Positions 15,111-29,500 of a DNA stretch of 64,000 nucleotides are shown piece after piece. The position numbers were made by a program, and so were the translations under genes. Below the pieces are notes generated by a model. The model worked only from the letters and a program-made list of their open reading frames with translations, had not been told where the DNA came from and ran no database searches. Position 1 is the first letter of the stretch. Each line of letters opens with the position of its first letter. Where the stretch lies: NCBI GenBank assembly GCA_964016885.1, contig OZ024748.1, positions 36,890,001-36,954,000 of the forward strand. Reading direction: 5' to 3'. The stretch comes from Eledone cirrhosa. Lineage: Eukaryota.

Positions 15111-18100
15111 CCAACACAGAGGAACCGAACTCCCACTGTCACTGCCTCTGTCTCTCCCACTCTCTCATATTAAACCAGGTCCCAACACAGAGGAACCGAA
15201 CTCCCACTGTCATTGCCTCTGTCTCTCCCACTCTCTCATATTACACCAGGTCCTAACACAGAGGAACCAAACTCCCACTGTGACTGCCTCTGTCTCTCCC
15301 ACTCTCTCATATTAAACCAGGTCCCAACACAGAGGAACCGAACTCCCACTGTCACTGCCTCTGTCTCTCCCACTCTCTCATATTACACCAGGTCCTAACA
15401 CAGAGGAACCAAACTCCCACTGTGACTGCCTCTGTCTCTCCCACTCTCTCACATTACACCAGTTCCCAACACAGAGGAACCAAACTCCCACTGTCATTGC
15501 CTCTGTCTCTCCCACTCTCTCACATTACACCAGTTCCCAACACAGAGGAACCAAACTCCCACTGTCACTGCCTCTCTCTCTACCACTCTCTCATATTACA
15601 CCAGGTCCTAACACAGACGAACCAAACCCCCACTGTCACTGCCTCTCTCTCTCCCACTCTCTCACATTACACCAGTTCCCAACACAGAGGAACCAAACTC
15701 CCACTGTCACTGCCTCTGTCACTCCCACTCTCTCATATTACACCAGGTCCCAACACAGAGGGACCAAACTCCCACTGTCACTGCCTCTCTCTCTCCCACT
15801 CTCTCATATTAAACCAGGTCCCAACACAGAGGACCCGAACTCCCATTGTCACTGCTTCTGTCTCTCCCACTCTCTCATACTACTCCAGGTCCTAACAGAG
15901 GAACCAAACTCCCACTGTAACTGCCTCTGTCTCTCCCACGCTCTCATATTACACCAGGTCCTAACACAGAGGAACCAAACTCCCACTGTCACTGCCTCTG
16001 TCTCTCGCACTCTCTCATATTACACCAGGTCCTAACACAGAGGAACCAAACTACCACTGTCACTGCCTCTGTCTCTCCCACTCTCTCATATTACACCAGG
16101 TCCTAACACAGAGGAACCAAACTCCCACTGTCACTTCCTCTGTCTCTCCCACTCTCTCACATTACACCAGTTCCCAACACAGAGGAACCAAACTCCCACT
16201 GTCACTGCCTCTCTCTCTCCCACTCTCTCATATTACACCAGGTCCTAACACAGAGGAACCAAACCCCCACTGTCACTGCCTCTCTCTCTCCCACTCTCTG
16301 ACATTACACCAGTTCCCAACACAGAGGAACCAAACTCCCACTGTCACTGCCTCTGTCTCTCCCACTCTCTCATATTACACCAGGTCCCAACACTGAGGAA
16401 CCAAACTCCCACTGTCACTGCCTCTTTCTCTCCCACTCTCTCACGTTACACCAGTTCCCAACACAGAGGAACCAAACTCCCACTGTCACTGCCTCTCTCT
16501 CTACCACTCTCTCATATTACACCAGGTCCTAACACAGAGGAACCAAACCCCCACTGTCACTGCCTCTCTCTCTCCCACTCTCTGACATTACACCAGTTCC
16601 CAACACAGAGGAACCAAACTCCCACTGTCACTGCCTCTGTCTCTCCCACTCTCTCATATTACACCAGGTCCCAACACTGAGGAACCAAACTCCCACTGTC
16701 ACTGCCTCTCTCTCTACCACTCTCTCATATTACACCAGTTCCCAACACAGAGGAACCAAACTCCCACTGTCACTGCCTCTCTCTCTACCACTCTCTCATA
16801 TTACACCAGGTCCTAACACAGAGGAACCAAACTCCCACTGTCACTGCCTCTCTCTCTACCACTCTCTCATATTACACCAGGTCCTAACACAGAGGAACCA
16901 AACTCCCACTGTCACTGCTTTTGTCTCTCCCACTCTCTCATACTACACCAGGTCCTAACACAGAGGAACCAAACTCCCACTGTAACTGCCTCTGACTCTC
17001 CCACGCTCTCATATTACACCAGGTCCTAACACAGAGGAACCAAACTCCCACTGTAACTGCCTCTGTCTCTCCCACTCTCTCATATTACACCAGGTCCCAA
17101 CACAGAGGAACCAAACTCCCACTGTCACTGCCTCTGTCTCTCCCACTTTCTCATATTAGACCAGGTCCTAACACAGAGGAACCAAACTCCCACTGTGACT
17201 GCCTCTGTCTCTCCCACTCTCTCACATTACACCAGTTCCCAACACAGAGGAACCAAACTCCCACTGTCACTGCCTCTGTCTCTCCCACTCTCTCATATTA
17301 CACCAGGTCCCAACACAGAGGGACCAAACTCCCACTGTCACTGCCTCTCTCTCTCCCACTCTCTCATATTACACCAGGTCCCAACACAGAGGAACCAAAC
17401 TCCCACTGTAACTGCCTCTTTCTCTCCCACGCTCTCATATTACACCAGGTCCTAACACAGAGGAACCAAACTCCCACTGTCACTGCCTCTCTCTCTCCCA
17501 CTCTCTCATATTACACCAGGTCCCAACACAGAGGAACCAAACTCCCACTGTCACTGCCTCTGTCTCTCCCACTTTCTCATATTAGACCAGGTCCTAACAC
17601 AGAGGAACCAAACCCCCACTGTCACTGCCTCTGTCTCTCCCACTCTCTCACATTACACCAGTTCCCAACACAGAGGAACCAAACTCCCACAGTCACTGCC
17701 TCTGTCTCTCCCACTCTCTCATATTACACCAGGTCCTAACACAGAGGAACAAAACCCCCACTGTCACTGCCTCTCTCTCTCCCACTCTCTCATATTAGAC
17801 CAGGTCCTAACACAGAGGAACCAAACTCCCACTGTCACTGCCGCTCTCTCTCCCACTCTCTGACATTACACCAGTTCCCAACACAGAGGAACCAAACTCC
17901 CACTGTCACTGCCTCTGTCTCTCCCACTCTCTCATATTACACCAGGTCCCAACACAGAGGAACCAAACTCCCACTTTTACTGCCTCTGTCACTCCGACTC
18001 TCTCATATTACACCAGGTTCCAACACAGAGGGACCAAACTCCCACTGTCACTGCCTCTCTCTCTCCCACTCTCTCATATTAAACCAGGTCCCAACACAGA

Positions 18101-19529
18101 GGACCCGAACTCCCACTGTCATTGCCTCTGTCTCTCCCACTCTCTCATATTACACCAGGTCCTAACACAGAGGAACCAAACTCCCACTGTGACTGCCTCT
18201 GTCTCTCCCACTCTCTCACATTACACCAGTTCCCAACACAGAGGAACCAAACTCCCACTGTCACTGCCTCTCTCTCTACCACTCTCTCATATTACACCAG
18301 GTCCTAACACAGACGAACCAAACCCCCACTGTCATTGCCTCTGTCTCTCCCACTCTCTCACATTACACCAGTTCCCAACACAGAGGAACCAAACTCCCAC
18401 TGTCACTGCCTCTGTCTCTACCACTCTCTCATATTACACCAGGTCCTAACACAGAGGAACCAAACTCCCACTGTCACTGCCTCTGTCTCTCCCACTCTCT
18501 CACATTACACCAGTTCCCAACACAGAGGAACCAAACTCCCACTGTCACTGCCTCTCTCTCTCCCACTCTCTCATATTACACCAGGTCCTAACACAGAGGA
18601 ACCAAACCCCCACTGTCACTGCCTCTCTCTCTCCCACTCTCTGACATTACACCAGTTCCCAACACAGAGGAACCAAACTCCCACTGTCACTGCCTCTGTC
18701 TCTTCCACTCTCTCATATAACACCAGGTCCCAACACAGAGGAACCAAACTCCCACTGTGACTGCCTCTGTCTCTCCCACTCTCTCACGTTACACCAGTTC
18801 CCAACACAGAGGAACCAAACTCCCACTGTCACTGCCTCTCTCTCTACCACTCTCTCATATTACACCAGGTCCTAACACAGAGGAACCAAACCCCCACTGT
18901 CACTGCCTCTCTCTCTCCCACTCTCTCACATTACACCAGTTCCCAACACAGAGGAACCAAACTCCCACTGTCACTGCCTCTGTCTCTCCCACTCTCTCAT
19001 ATTACACCAGGTCCCAACACAGAGGAACCAAACTCCCACTGTCACTGCCTCTGTCACTCCCACTCTCTCATATTACACCAGGTCCCAACACAGAGGAACC
19101 AAACTCCCACTGTCACTGCCTCTCTCTCTCCCACTCTCTCATATTAAACCAGGTCCCAACACAGAGGACCCGAACTCCCACTGTCATTGCCTCTGTCTCT
19201 CCCACTCTCTCATATTACACCAGGTCCTAACACAGAGGAACCAAACTCCCACTGTCCCTGCCTCTGTCTCTCCCACTCTCTCATATTAGACGAGGTCCTA
19301 ACACAGAGGAACCAAACTCTCACTGTGACTGCCTCTGTCTCTCCCACTCTCTCACATTACATCAGGTCCCAACACAGAGGAACCAAACTCCCACTGTCAC
19401 TGCCTCTGTCTCTCCCACTCTCTCATATTAGACCAGGTCCTAACACAGAGGAACCAAACTCCCACTGTGACTGCCTCTGTCTCTCCCACTCTCTCACATT
19501 ACATCAGGTCCCAACACAGAGGAACCAAA

Positions 19530-22500
19530 CTCCCACTGTCACTGCCTCTCTCTCTCCCACTCTCTCATATTACACCAGGTCCTAACACAGAGGAACCAAA
19601 CACCCACTGTCACTGCCTCTCTCTCTCCCACTCTCTCATATTACACCAGGTCCTAACACAGAGGAACCGAACTCCCACTGTCACTGCCTCCGTCTCTCAC
19701 ACTCTCTCATACTAAACCAGGTCCAACACAGAGGAACCAAACTCCCACTGTCACTGCCTCTGTCTCTCCCACTCTCTCATATACACCAGGTCTGAACACA
19801 GAGGTACGAGACCCCCACTGTCACTGCCTCTGTCTCTTCCACTCTCTCATATTACACCAGGTCCTAACACAGAGGAACCAAACTCCCACTGTCACTGCCT
19901 CTGTCTCTCCCACTCTCTCATATTACACCAGGTCCCAACACAGAGGAACCAAACTCCCACTGTCACTGCCTCTGTCTCTCCCACTCTCTCATATTACTCC
20001 AGGTCCCAACACAGAGGAACCAAACTCCCACTGTCACTGCCTCTGTCTCTCCCACTCTCTCATATTACACCAGGTCCCAACACAGAGGAACCAAACTCCC
20101 ACTGTCACTGCCTCTGTCTCTCCCACTCTCTCATATTAGACCAGGTCCTAACACAGAGAAACCAAACTCCCACTGTCACTGCCTCTGTCTCTCCCACTCT
20201 CTCATATTACACCAGGTCCCAACACAGAGGTACCAAACTCCCACTGTCACTGCCTCTGTCTCTCCCACTCTCTCATATTACAACAAATCCCAACACAGAG
20301 GAACCAAACTCCCACTGTCACTGCCTCTGTCTCTCCCACTCTCTCATATTAGACTAGGTCCTAACACAGAGGAACCAAACTCCCACTGTCACTGCCTCTG
20401 TCTCTCCCACTCTCTCACATTACACCAGTTCCCAACACAGAGAAACCAAACTCCCACTGTCACTGCCTCTGTCTCTCCGACACTCTCATATTACACCAGG
20501 TCCTAACACAGAGGTACCAAACTCCCACTGTCAGTGCCTCTGTCTCTCCCACTCTCTCATACTAAACCAAGTCCAACACAGAGGAACCAAACTCCCACTG
20601 TCACTGCCTCTGTCTCTCCCACTCTCTCATATACACCACGTCCGAACACAGAGGTATGAAACCCCCACTGTCACTGCCTCTGTCTCTCCCACTCTCTCAT
20701 ATTACACCAGGTCCTAACACAGAGGAACCAAACTCCCACTGTCACTGCCTCTGTCTCTCGCACTCTCTCATATTACACCAGGTCCTAACACAGAGGAACC
20801 AAACTCCCACTGTCACTGCCTCTGTCTCTCCCACTCTCTCATATTACACCAGGTCCTAACACAGAGGAACCAAACTCCCACTGTCACTGCCTCTGTCTCT
20901 CCCACTCTCTCATATTACACCAGGTCCCAACACAGAGGAACCAAACTCCCACTGTCACTGCCTCTGTCTCTCCCACTCTCTCATATTACACCAGTTCCCA
21001 ACACAGAGGAACCAAACTCCCACTGTCACTGCCTCTGTCACTCCCACTCTCTCATATTACACCAGGTCCCAACACAGAGGGACCAAACTCCCACTGTCAC
21101 TGCCTCTCTCTCTCCCACTCTCTCATATTAAACCAGGTCCCAACACAGAGGACCCGAACTCCCACTGTCATTGCCTCTGTCTCTCCCACTCTCTCATATT
21201 ACACCAGGTCCTAACACAGTGGAACCGAGCTCCCACTGTCACTGCTTCTGTCTCTCTCACTCTCTCATACTACACCAGGTCCTAACACAGAGGAACCAAA
21301 CTCCCACTGTAACTGCCTCTGTCTCTCCCACGCTCTCATATTACACCAGGTCCTAACACAGAGGAACCAAACTCCCACTGTCACTGACTCTGTCTCTCCC
21401 ACTCTATCATATTACACCAGGTCCTAACACAGAGGAACCAAACTACCACTGTCACTGCCTCTGTCTCTCCCACTCTCTCATATTACACCAGGTCCTAACA
21501 CAGAGGAACCAAACTCCCACTGTCACTGCCTCTGTCTCTCCCACTCTCTCACATTACACCAGTTCCCAACACAGAGGAACCGAACTCCCACTGTCACTGC
21601 CTCTCTCTCTCCCACTCTCTCATATTACACCAGGTCCTAACACAGAGGAACCAAACACCCACTGTCACTGCCTCTCTCTCTCCCACTCTCTCATATTACA
21701 CCAGGTCCTAACACAGAGGAACCGAACTCCCACTGTCACTGCCTCCGTCTCTCACACTCTCTCATACTAAACCAGGTCCAACACAGAGGAACCAAACTCC
21801 CACTGTCACTGCCTCTGTCTCTCCCACTCTCTCATATACACCAGGTCTGAACACAGAGGTACGAGACCCCCACTGTCACTGCCTCTGTCTCTTCCACTCT
21901 CTCATATTACACCAGGTCCTAACACAGAGGAACCAAACTCCCACTGTCACTGCCTCTGTCTCTCCCACTCTCTCATATTACACCAGGTCCCAACACAGAG
22001 GAACCAAACTCCCACTATCACTGCCTCTGTCTCTCCCACTCTCTCATATTACTCCAGGTCCCAACACAGAGGAACCAAACTCCCACTGTCACTGCCTCTG
22101 TCTCTCCCACTCTCTCATATTACACCAGGTCCCAACACAGAGGAACCAAACTCCCACTGTCACTGCCTCTGTCTCTCCCACTCTCTCATATTAGACCAGG
22201 TCCTAACACAGAGAAACCAAACTCCCACTGTCACTGCCTCTGTCTCTCCCACTCTCTCATATTACACCAGGTCCCAACACAGAGGTACCAAACTCCCACT
22301 GTCACTGCCTCTGTCTCTCCCACTCTCTCATATTACAACAAATCCCAACACAGAGGAACCAAACTCCCACTGTCACTGCCTCTGTCTCTCCCACTCTCTC
22401 ATATTAGACTAGGTCCTAACACAGAGGAACCAAACTCCCACTGTCACTGCCTCTGTCTCTCCCACTCTCTCACATTACACCAGTTCCCAACACAGAGAAA

Positions 22501-23500
22501 CCAAACTCCCACTGTCACTGCCTCTGTCTCTCCGACACTCTCATATTACACCAGGTCCTAACACAGAGGTACCAAACTCCCACTGTCAGTGCCTCTGTCT
22601 CTCCCACTCTCTCATACTAAACCAAGTCCAACACAGAGGAACCAAACTCCCACTGTCACTGCCTCTGTCTCTCCCACTCTCTCATATACACCACGTCCGA
22701 ACACAGAGGTATGAAACCCCCACTGTCACTGCCTCTGTCTCTCCCACTCTCTCATATTACACCAGGTCCTAACACAGAGGAACCAAACTCCCACTGTCAC
22801 TGCCTCTGTCTCTCGCACTCTCTCATATTACACCAGGTCCTAACACAGAGGAACCAAACTCCCACTGTCACTGCCTCTGTCTCTCCCACTCTCTCATATT
22901 ACACCAGGTCCTAACACAGAGGAACCAAACTCCCACTGTCACTGCCTCTGTCTCTCCCACTCTCTCATATTACACCAGGTCCCAACACAGAGGAACCAAA
23001 CTCCCACTGTCACTGCCTCTGACTCTCCCACTCTCTCATATTACACCAGTTCCCAACACAGAGGAACCAAACTCCCACTGTCACTGCCTCTGTCACTCCC
23101 ACTCTCTCATATTACACCAGGTCCCAACACAGAGGGACCAAACTCCCACTGTCACTGCCTCTCTCTCTCCCACTCTCTCATATTAAACCAGGTCCCAACA
23201 CAGAGGACCCGAACTCCCACTGTCATTGCCTCTGTCTCTCCCACTCTCTCATATTACACCAGGTCCTAACACAGTGGAACCGAGCTCCCACTGTCACTGC
23301 TTCTGTCTCTCTCACTCTCTCATACTACACCAGGTCCTAACACAGAGGAACCAAACTCCCACTGTAACTGCCTCTGTCTCTCCCACGCTCTCATATTACA
23401 CCAGGTCCTAACACAGAGGAACCAAACTCCCACTGTCACTGACTCTGTCTCTCCCACTCTATCATATTACACCAGGTCCTAACACAGAGGAACCAAACTC
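19530..23500. repeat. ~29-monomer tandem duplication (period 2055 bp)
   Basis: ORF pairs 20656/22711 and 21171/23226 are offset by 2055 and share the rare marker CAGTGGAACCGAGC. Confidence 0.88.
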
Positions 23501-26500
23501 CCACTGTCACTGCCTCTGTCTCTCCCACTCTCTCACATTACACCAGTTCCCAACACAGAGGAACCGAACTCCCACTGTCACTGCCTCTCTCTCTCCCACT
23601 CTCTCATATTACACCAGGTCCTAACACAGAGGAACCAAACCCCCACTGTCACTGCCTCTCTCTCTCCCACTCTCTGACATTACACCAGTTCCCAACACAG
23701 AGGAACCAAATTCCCACTGTCACTGCCTCTGTCTCTTCCACTCTCTCATATTACACCAGGTCCCAACACAGAGGAACCAAACTCCCACTGTGACTGCCTC
23801 TGTCTCTCCCACTCTCTCACGTTACACCAGTTCCCAACACAGAGGAACCAAACTCCCACTGTCACTGCCTCTCTCTCTACCACTCTCTCATATTACACCA
23901 GGTCCTAACACAGAGGAACCAAACCCCCACTGTCACTGCCTCTCTCTCTCCCACTCTCTCACATTACACCAGTTCCCAACACAGAGGAACCAAACTCCCA
24001 CTGTCACTGCCTCTGTCTCTCCCACTCTCTCATATTACACCAGGTCCCAACACAGAGGAACCAAACTCCCACTGTCACTGCCTCTGTCACTCCCACTCTC
24101 TCATATTACACCAGGTCCCAACACAGAGGGACCAAACTCCCACTGTCACTGCCTCTCTCTCTCCCACTCTCTCATATTAAACCAGGTCCCAACACAGAGG
24201 ACCCGAACTCCCACTGTCATTGCCTCTGTCTCTCCCACTCTCTCATATTACACCAGGTCCTAACACAGAGGAACCAAACTCCCACTGTCCCTGCCTCTGT
24301 CTCTCCCACTCTCTCATATTAGACGAGGTCCTAACACAGAGGAACCAAACTCTCACTGTGACTGCCTCTGTCTCTCCCACTCTCTCACATTACATCAGGT
24401 CCCAACACAGAGGAACCAAACTCCCACTGTCACTGCCTCTGTCTCTCCCACTCTCTCATATTAGACCAGGTCCTAACACAGAGGAACCAAACTCCCACTG
24501 TGACTGCCTCTGTCTCTCCCACTCTCTCACATTACATCAGGTCCCAACACAGAGGAACCAAACTCCCACTGTCACTGCCTCTGTCTCTCCCACTCTCTCA
24601 TATTACAGCAGGTCCCAACACAGAGGAACCAAACTCCCACTGTCACTGCCTCTGTCTCTCCCACTCTCTCATATTACACCAGGTCCCAACACAGAGGTAC
24701 CAAACTCCCATGGTCACTACCTCTGTCTCTCCCACTCTCTCATATTACACCAGGTCCCAACACAAAGGAACCAAACTCCCTCTGTCACTGCCTCTGGCTC
24801 TCCCACTCTCTCATATTACACCAGGTCCTAACACAGAGGAACCAAACCCCCACTGTCACTGCCTCTCTCTCTCCCACTCTCTCACATTACACCAGTTCCC
24901 AACACAGAGGAACCAAACTCCCACCGTCACTCCCTCTGTCTCTCCCACTCTCTCATATTACACCATGTCCCAACACAGAGGGACCAAACTCCCACTGTGA
25001 CTGCCTCTGTCTCTCCCACTCTCTCACGTTACACCAGTTCCCAACACAGAGGAACCAAACTCCCACTGTCACTGCCTCTCTCTCTCCCACTCTCTCATAT
25101 TACACCAGGTCCTAACACAGAGGAACCAAACTCCCACTGTCACTGCCTCCGTCTCTCCCACTCTGTCATACTAAACCAGGTCCAACACAGAGGAACCAAA
25201 CTCCCACTGTCACTGCCTCTGTCTCTCCCACTCTCTCATATACACCAGGTCTGAACACAGAGGTACGAGACCCCCACTGTCACTGCCTCTGTCTCTTCCA
25301 CTCTCTCATATTACACCAGGTCCTAACACAGAGGAACCAAACTCCCACTGTCACTGCCTCTGTCTCTCCCACTCTCTCATATTACACCAGGTCCCAACAC
25401 AGAGGAACCAAACTCCCACTGTCACTGCCTTTGTCTCTCCCACTCTCTCATATTACTCCAGGTCCCAACACAGAGGAACCAAACTCCCACTGTCACTGCC
25501 TCTGTCTCTCCCACTCTCTCATATTACACCAGGTCCCAACACAGAGGAACCAAACTCCCACTGTCACTGCCTCTGTCTCTCCCACTCTCTCATATTAGAC
25601 CAGGTCCTAACACAGAGAAACCAAACTCCCACTGTCACTGCCTCTGTCTCTCCCACTCTCTCATATTACACCAGGTCCCAACACAGAGGTACCAAACTCC
25701 CACTGTCACTGCCTCTGTCTCTCCCACTCTCTCATATTACAACAAATCCCAACACAGAGGAACCAAACTCCCACTGTCACTGCCTCTGCCTCTCCCACTC
25801 TCTCATATTAGACTAGGTCCTAACACAGAGGAACCAAACTCCCACTGTCACTGCCTCTGTCTCTCCCACTCTCTCACATTACACCAGTTCCCAACACAGA
25901 GGTACCAAACTCCCACTGTCAGTGCCTCTGTCTCTCCCACTCTCTCATACTAAACCAAGTCCAACACAGAGGAACCAAACTCCTACTGTCACTGCCTCTG
26001 TCTCTCCCACTCTCTCATATACACCACGTCCGAACACAGAGGTATGAAACCCCCACTGTCACTGCCTCTGTCTCTCCCACTCTCTCATATTACACCAGGT
26101 CCTAACACAGAGGAACCAAACTCCCACTGTCACTGCCTCTGTCTCTCCCACTCTCTCATATTACACCAGGTCCTAACACAGAGGAACCAAACTCCCACTG
26201 TCACTGCCTCTGTCTCTCCCACTCTCTCATATTACACCAGGTCCTAACACAGAGGAACCAAACTCCCACTGTCACTGCCTCTGTCTCTCCCACTCTCTCA
26301 TATTACACCAGGTCCCAACACAGAGGAACCAAACTCCCACTGTCACTGCCTCTGTCTCTCCCACTCTCTCATATTACACCAGGTCCCAACACAGAGGAAC
26401 CAAACTCCCACTGTCACTATCCTCTGTCTCTCCCACTCTCTCATATTACACCAGGTCCCAACACAGAGGAACCAATCTCCCACTGTCGCTGCCTCTGTCT

Positions 26501-29500
26501 CTCCCACTCTCTCATATTACACCAGGTCCTAACACAGAGGAACCAAACCCCCACTGTCACTGCCTCTCTCTCTCCCACCCTCTCACATTACACCAGTTCC
26601 CAACACAGAGGAACCAAACTCCCACCGTCACTCCCTCTGTCTCTCCCACTCTCTCATATTACACCATGTCCCAACACAGAGGGACCAAACTCCCACTGTG
26701 ACTGCCTCTCTCTCTCCCACTCTCTGACATTACACCAGTTCCCAACACAGAGGAACCAAATTCCCACTGTCACTGCCTCTGTCTCTTCCACTCTCTCATA
26801 TTACACCAGGTCCCAACACAGAGGAACCAAACTCCCACTGTCACTGCCTCTGTCTCTTCCACTCTCTCATATTACACCAGGTCCTAACACAGAGGAACCA
26901 AATTCCCACTGTCACTGCCTCTGTCTCTTCCACTCTCTCATATTACACCAGGTCCCAACACAGAGGAACCAAATTCCCACTGTCACTGCCTCTGTCTCTT
27001 CCACTCTCTCATATTACACCAGGTCCTAACACAGAGGAACCAATTTCCCACTGTCACTGCCTTTGTCTCTTCCACTCTCTCATATTACACCAGGTCCCAA
27101 CACAGAGGAACCAAACTCCCACTGTGACTGCCTCTGTCTCTCCCACTCTCTCACGTTACACCAGTTCCCAACACAGAGGAACCAAACTCCCACTGTCACT
27201 GCCTCTGTCTCTCCCACTCACTCATATTACACCAGGTCCCAACACAGAGGAACCAAACTCCCACTGTCACTGCCTCTGTCACTCCCACTCTCTCATATTA
27301 CACCAGGTCCCAACACAGAGGGACCAAACTCCCACTGTCACTGCCTCTCTCTCTCCCACTCTCTCATATTAAACCAGGTCCCAACACAGAGGACCCGAAC
27401 TCCCACTGTCATTGCCTCTGTCTCTCCCACTCTCTCATATTACACCAGGTCCTAACACAGAGGAACCAAACTCCCACTGTCCCTGCCTCTGTCTCTCCCA
27501 CTCTCTCATATTAGACGAGGTCCTAACACAGAGGAACCAAACTCTCACTGTGACTGCCTCTGTCTCTCCCACTCTCTCACATTACATCAGGTCCCAACAC
27601 AGAGGAACCAAACTCCCACTGTCACTGCCTCTGTCTCTCCCACTCTCTCATATTAGACCAGGTCCTAACACAGAGGAACCAAACTCCCACTGTGACTGCC
27701 TCTGTCTCTCCCACTCTCTCATATTACATCAGGTCCCAACACAGAGGAACCAAACTCCCACTGTCACTGCCTCTGTCTCTCCCACTCTCTCATATTACAC
27801 CAGGTCCCAACACAGAGGAACCAAACTCCCACTGTCACTGCCTCTGTCTCTCCCACTCTCTCATATTACACCAGGTCCCAACACAGAGGGACCAAACTCC
27901 CACTGTCACTGCCTCTCTCTCTCCCACTCTCTCATATTACACCAGGTCCCAACACAGAGGTACCAAACTCCCATGGTCACTGCCTCTGTCTCTCCCACTC
28001 TCTCATATTACACCAGGTCCCAACACAAAGGAACCAAACTCCCTCTGTCACTGCCTCTGTCTCTCCCACTCTCTCATATTACACCAGGTCCTAACACAGA
28101 GGAACCAAACTCCCACTGTCACTGCCTCTGTCTCTCCCACTCTCTCATATTACACCAGGTCCTAACACAGAGGAACCAAACCCCCATTGTCACTGCCTCT
28201 CTCTCTCCCACTCTCTCATATTACACCAGGTCCTAACACAGAGGAACCAAACACCCACTGTCACTGCCTCTCTCTCTCCCACTCTCTCATATTACACCAG
28301 GTCCTAACACAGAGGAACCAAACACCCACTGTCACTGCCTCTCTCTCTCCCACTCTCTCATATTACACCAGGTCCTAACACAGAGGAACCGAACTCCCAC
28401 TGTCACTGTCTCTGTCTCTCCCACTCTCTCATATTACACCAGGTCCTAACACAGAGGAACCAAACTCCCACTGTCACTGCCTCCGTCTCTCACACTCTCT
28501 CATACTAAACCAGGTCCAACACAGAGGAACCAAACTCCCACTGTCACTGCCTCTGTCTCTCCCACTCTCTCATATACACCAGGTCTGAACACAGAGGTAC
28601 GAGACCCCCACTGTCACTGCCTCTGTCTCTTCCACTCTCTCATATTACACCAGGTCCTAACACAGAGGAACCAAACTCCTACTGTCACTGCCTCTGTCTC
28701 TCCCACTCTCTCATATTACACCAGGTCCCAACACAGAGGAACCAAACTCCCACTGTCACTGCCTCTGTCTCTCCCACTCTCTCATATTAGACCAGGTCCT
28801 AACACAGAGGAACCAAACTCCCACTGTGACTGCCTCTGTCTCTCCCACTCTCTCACATTACATCAGGTCCCAACACAGAGGAACCAAACTCCCACTGTCA
28901 CTGCCTCTGTCTCTCCCACTCTCTCATATTACACCAGGTCCCAACACAGAGGAACCAAACTCCCACTGTCACTGCCTCTGTCTCTCCCACTCTCTCATAT
29001 TACACCAGGTCCCAACACAGAGGTACCAAACTCCCATGGTCACTGCCTCTGTCTCTCCCACTCTCTCATATTACACCAGGTCCCAACACAAAGGAACCAA
29101 ACTCCCTCTGTCACTGCCTCTGGCTCTCCCACTCTCTCATATTACACCAGGTCCTAACACAGAGGAACCAAACCCCCACTGTCACTGCCTCTCTCTCTCC
29201 CACTCTCTCACATTACACCAGTTCCCAACACAGAGGAACCAAACTCCCACCGTCACTCCCTCTGTCTCTCCCACTCTCTCATATTACACCATGTCCCAAC
29301 ACAGAGGGACCAAACTCCCACTGTGACTGCCTCTCTCTCTCCCACTCTCTGACATTACACCAGTTCCCAACACAGAGGAACCAAATTCCCACTGTCACTG
29401 CCTCTGTCTCTTCCACTCTCTCATATTACACCAGGTCCCAACACAGAGGAACCAAACTCCCACTGTCACTGCCTCTGTCTCTTCCACTCTCTCATATTAC

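Noticed and set aside
21210-21230. V(D)J RSS heptamer matches (CACAGTG variant here; CACTGTG variants; consensus CACAGAG)
   Set aside because: There is no ACAAAAACC-like nonamer at 12 or 23 bp spacing on either strand and no V/D/J segments.
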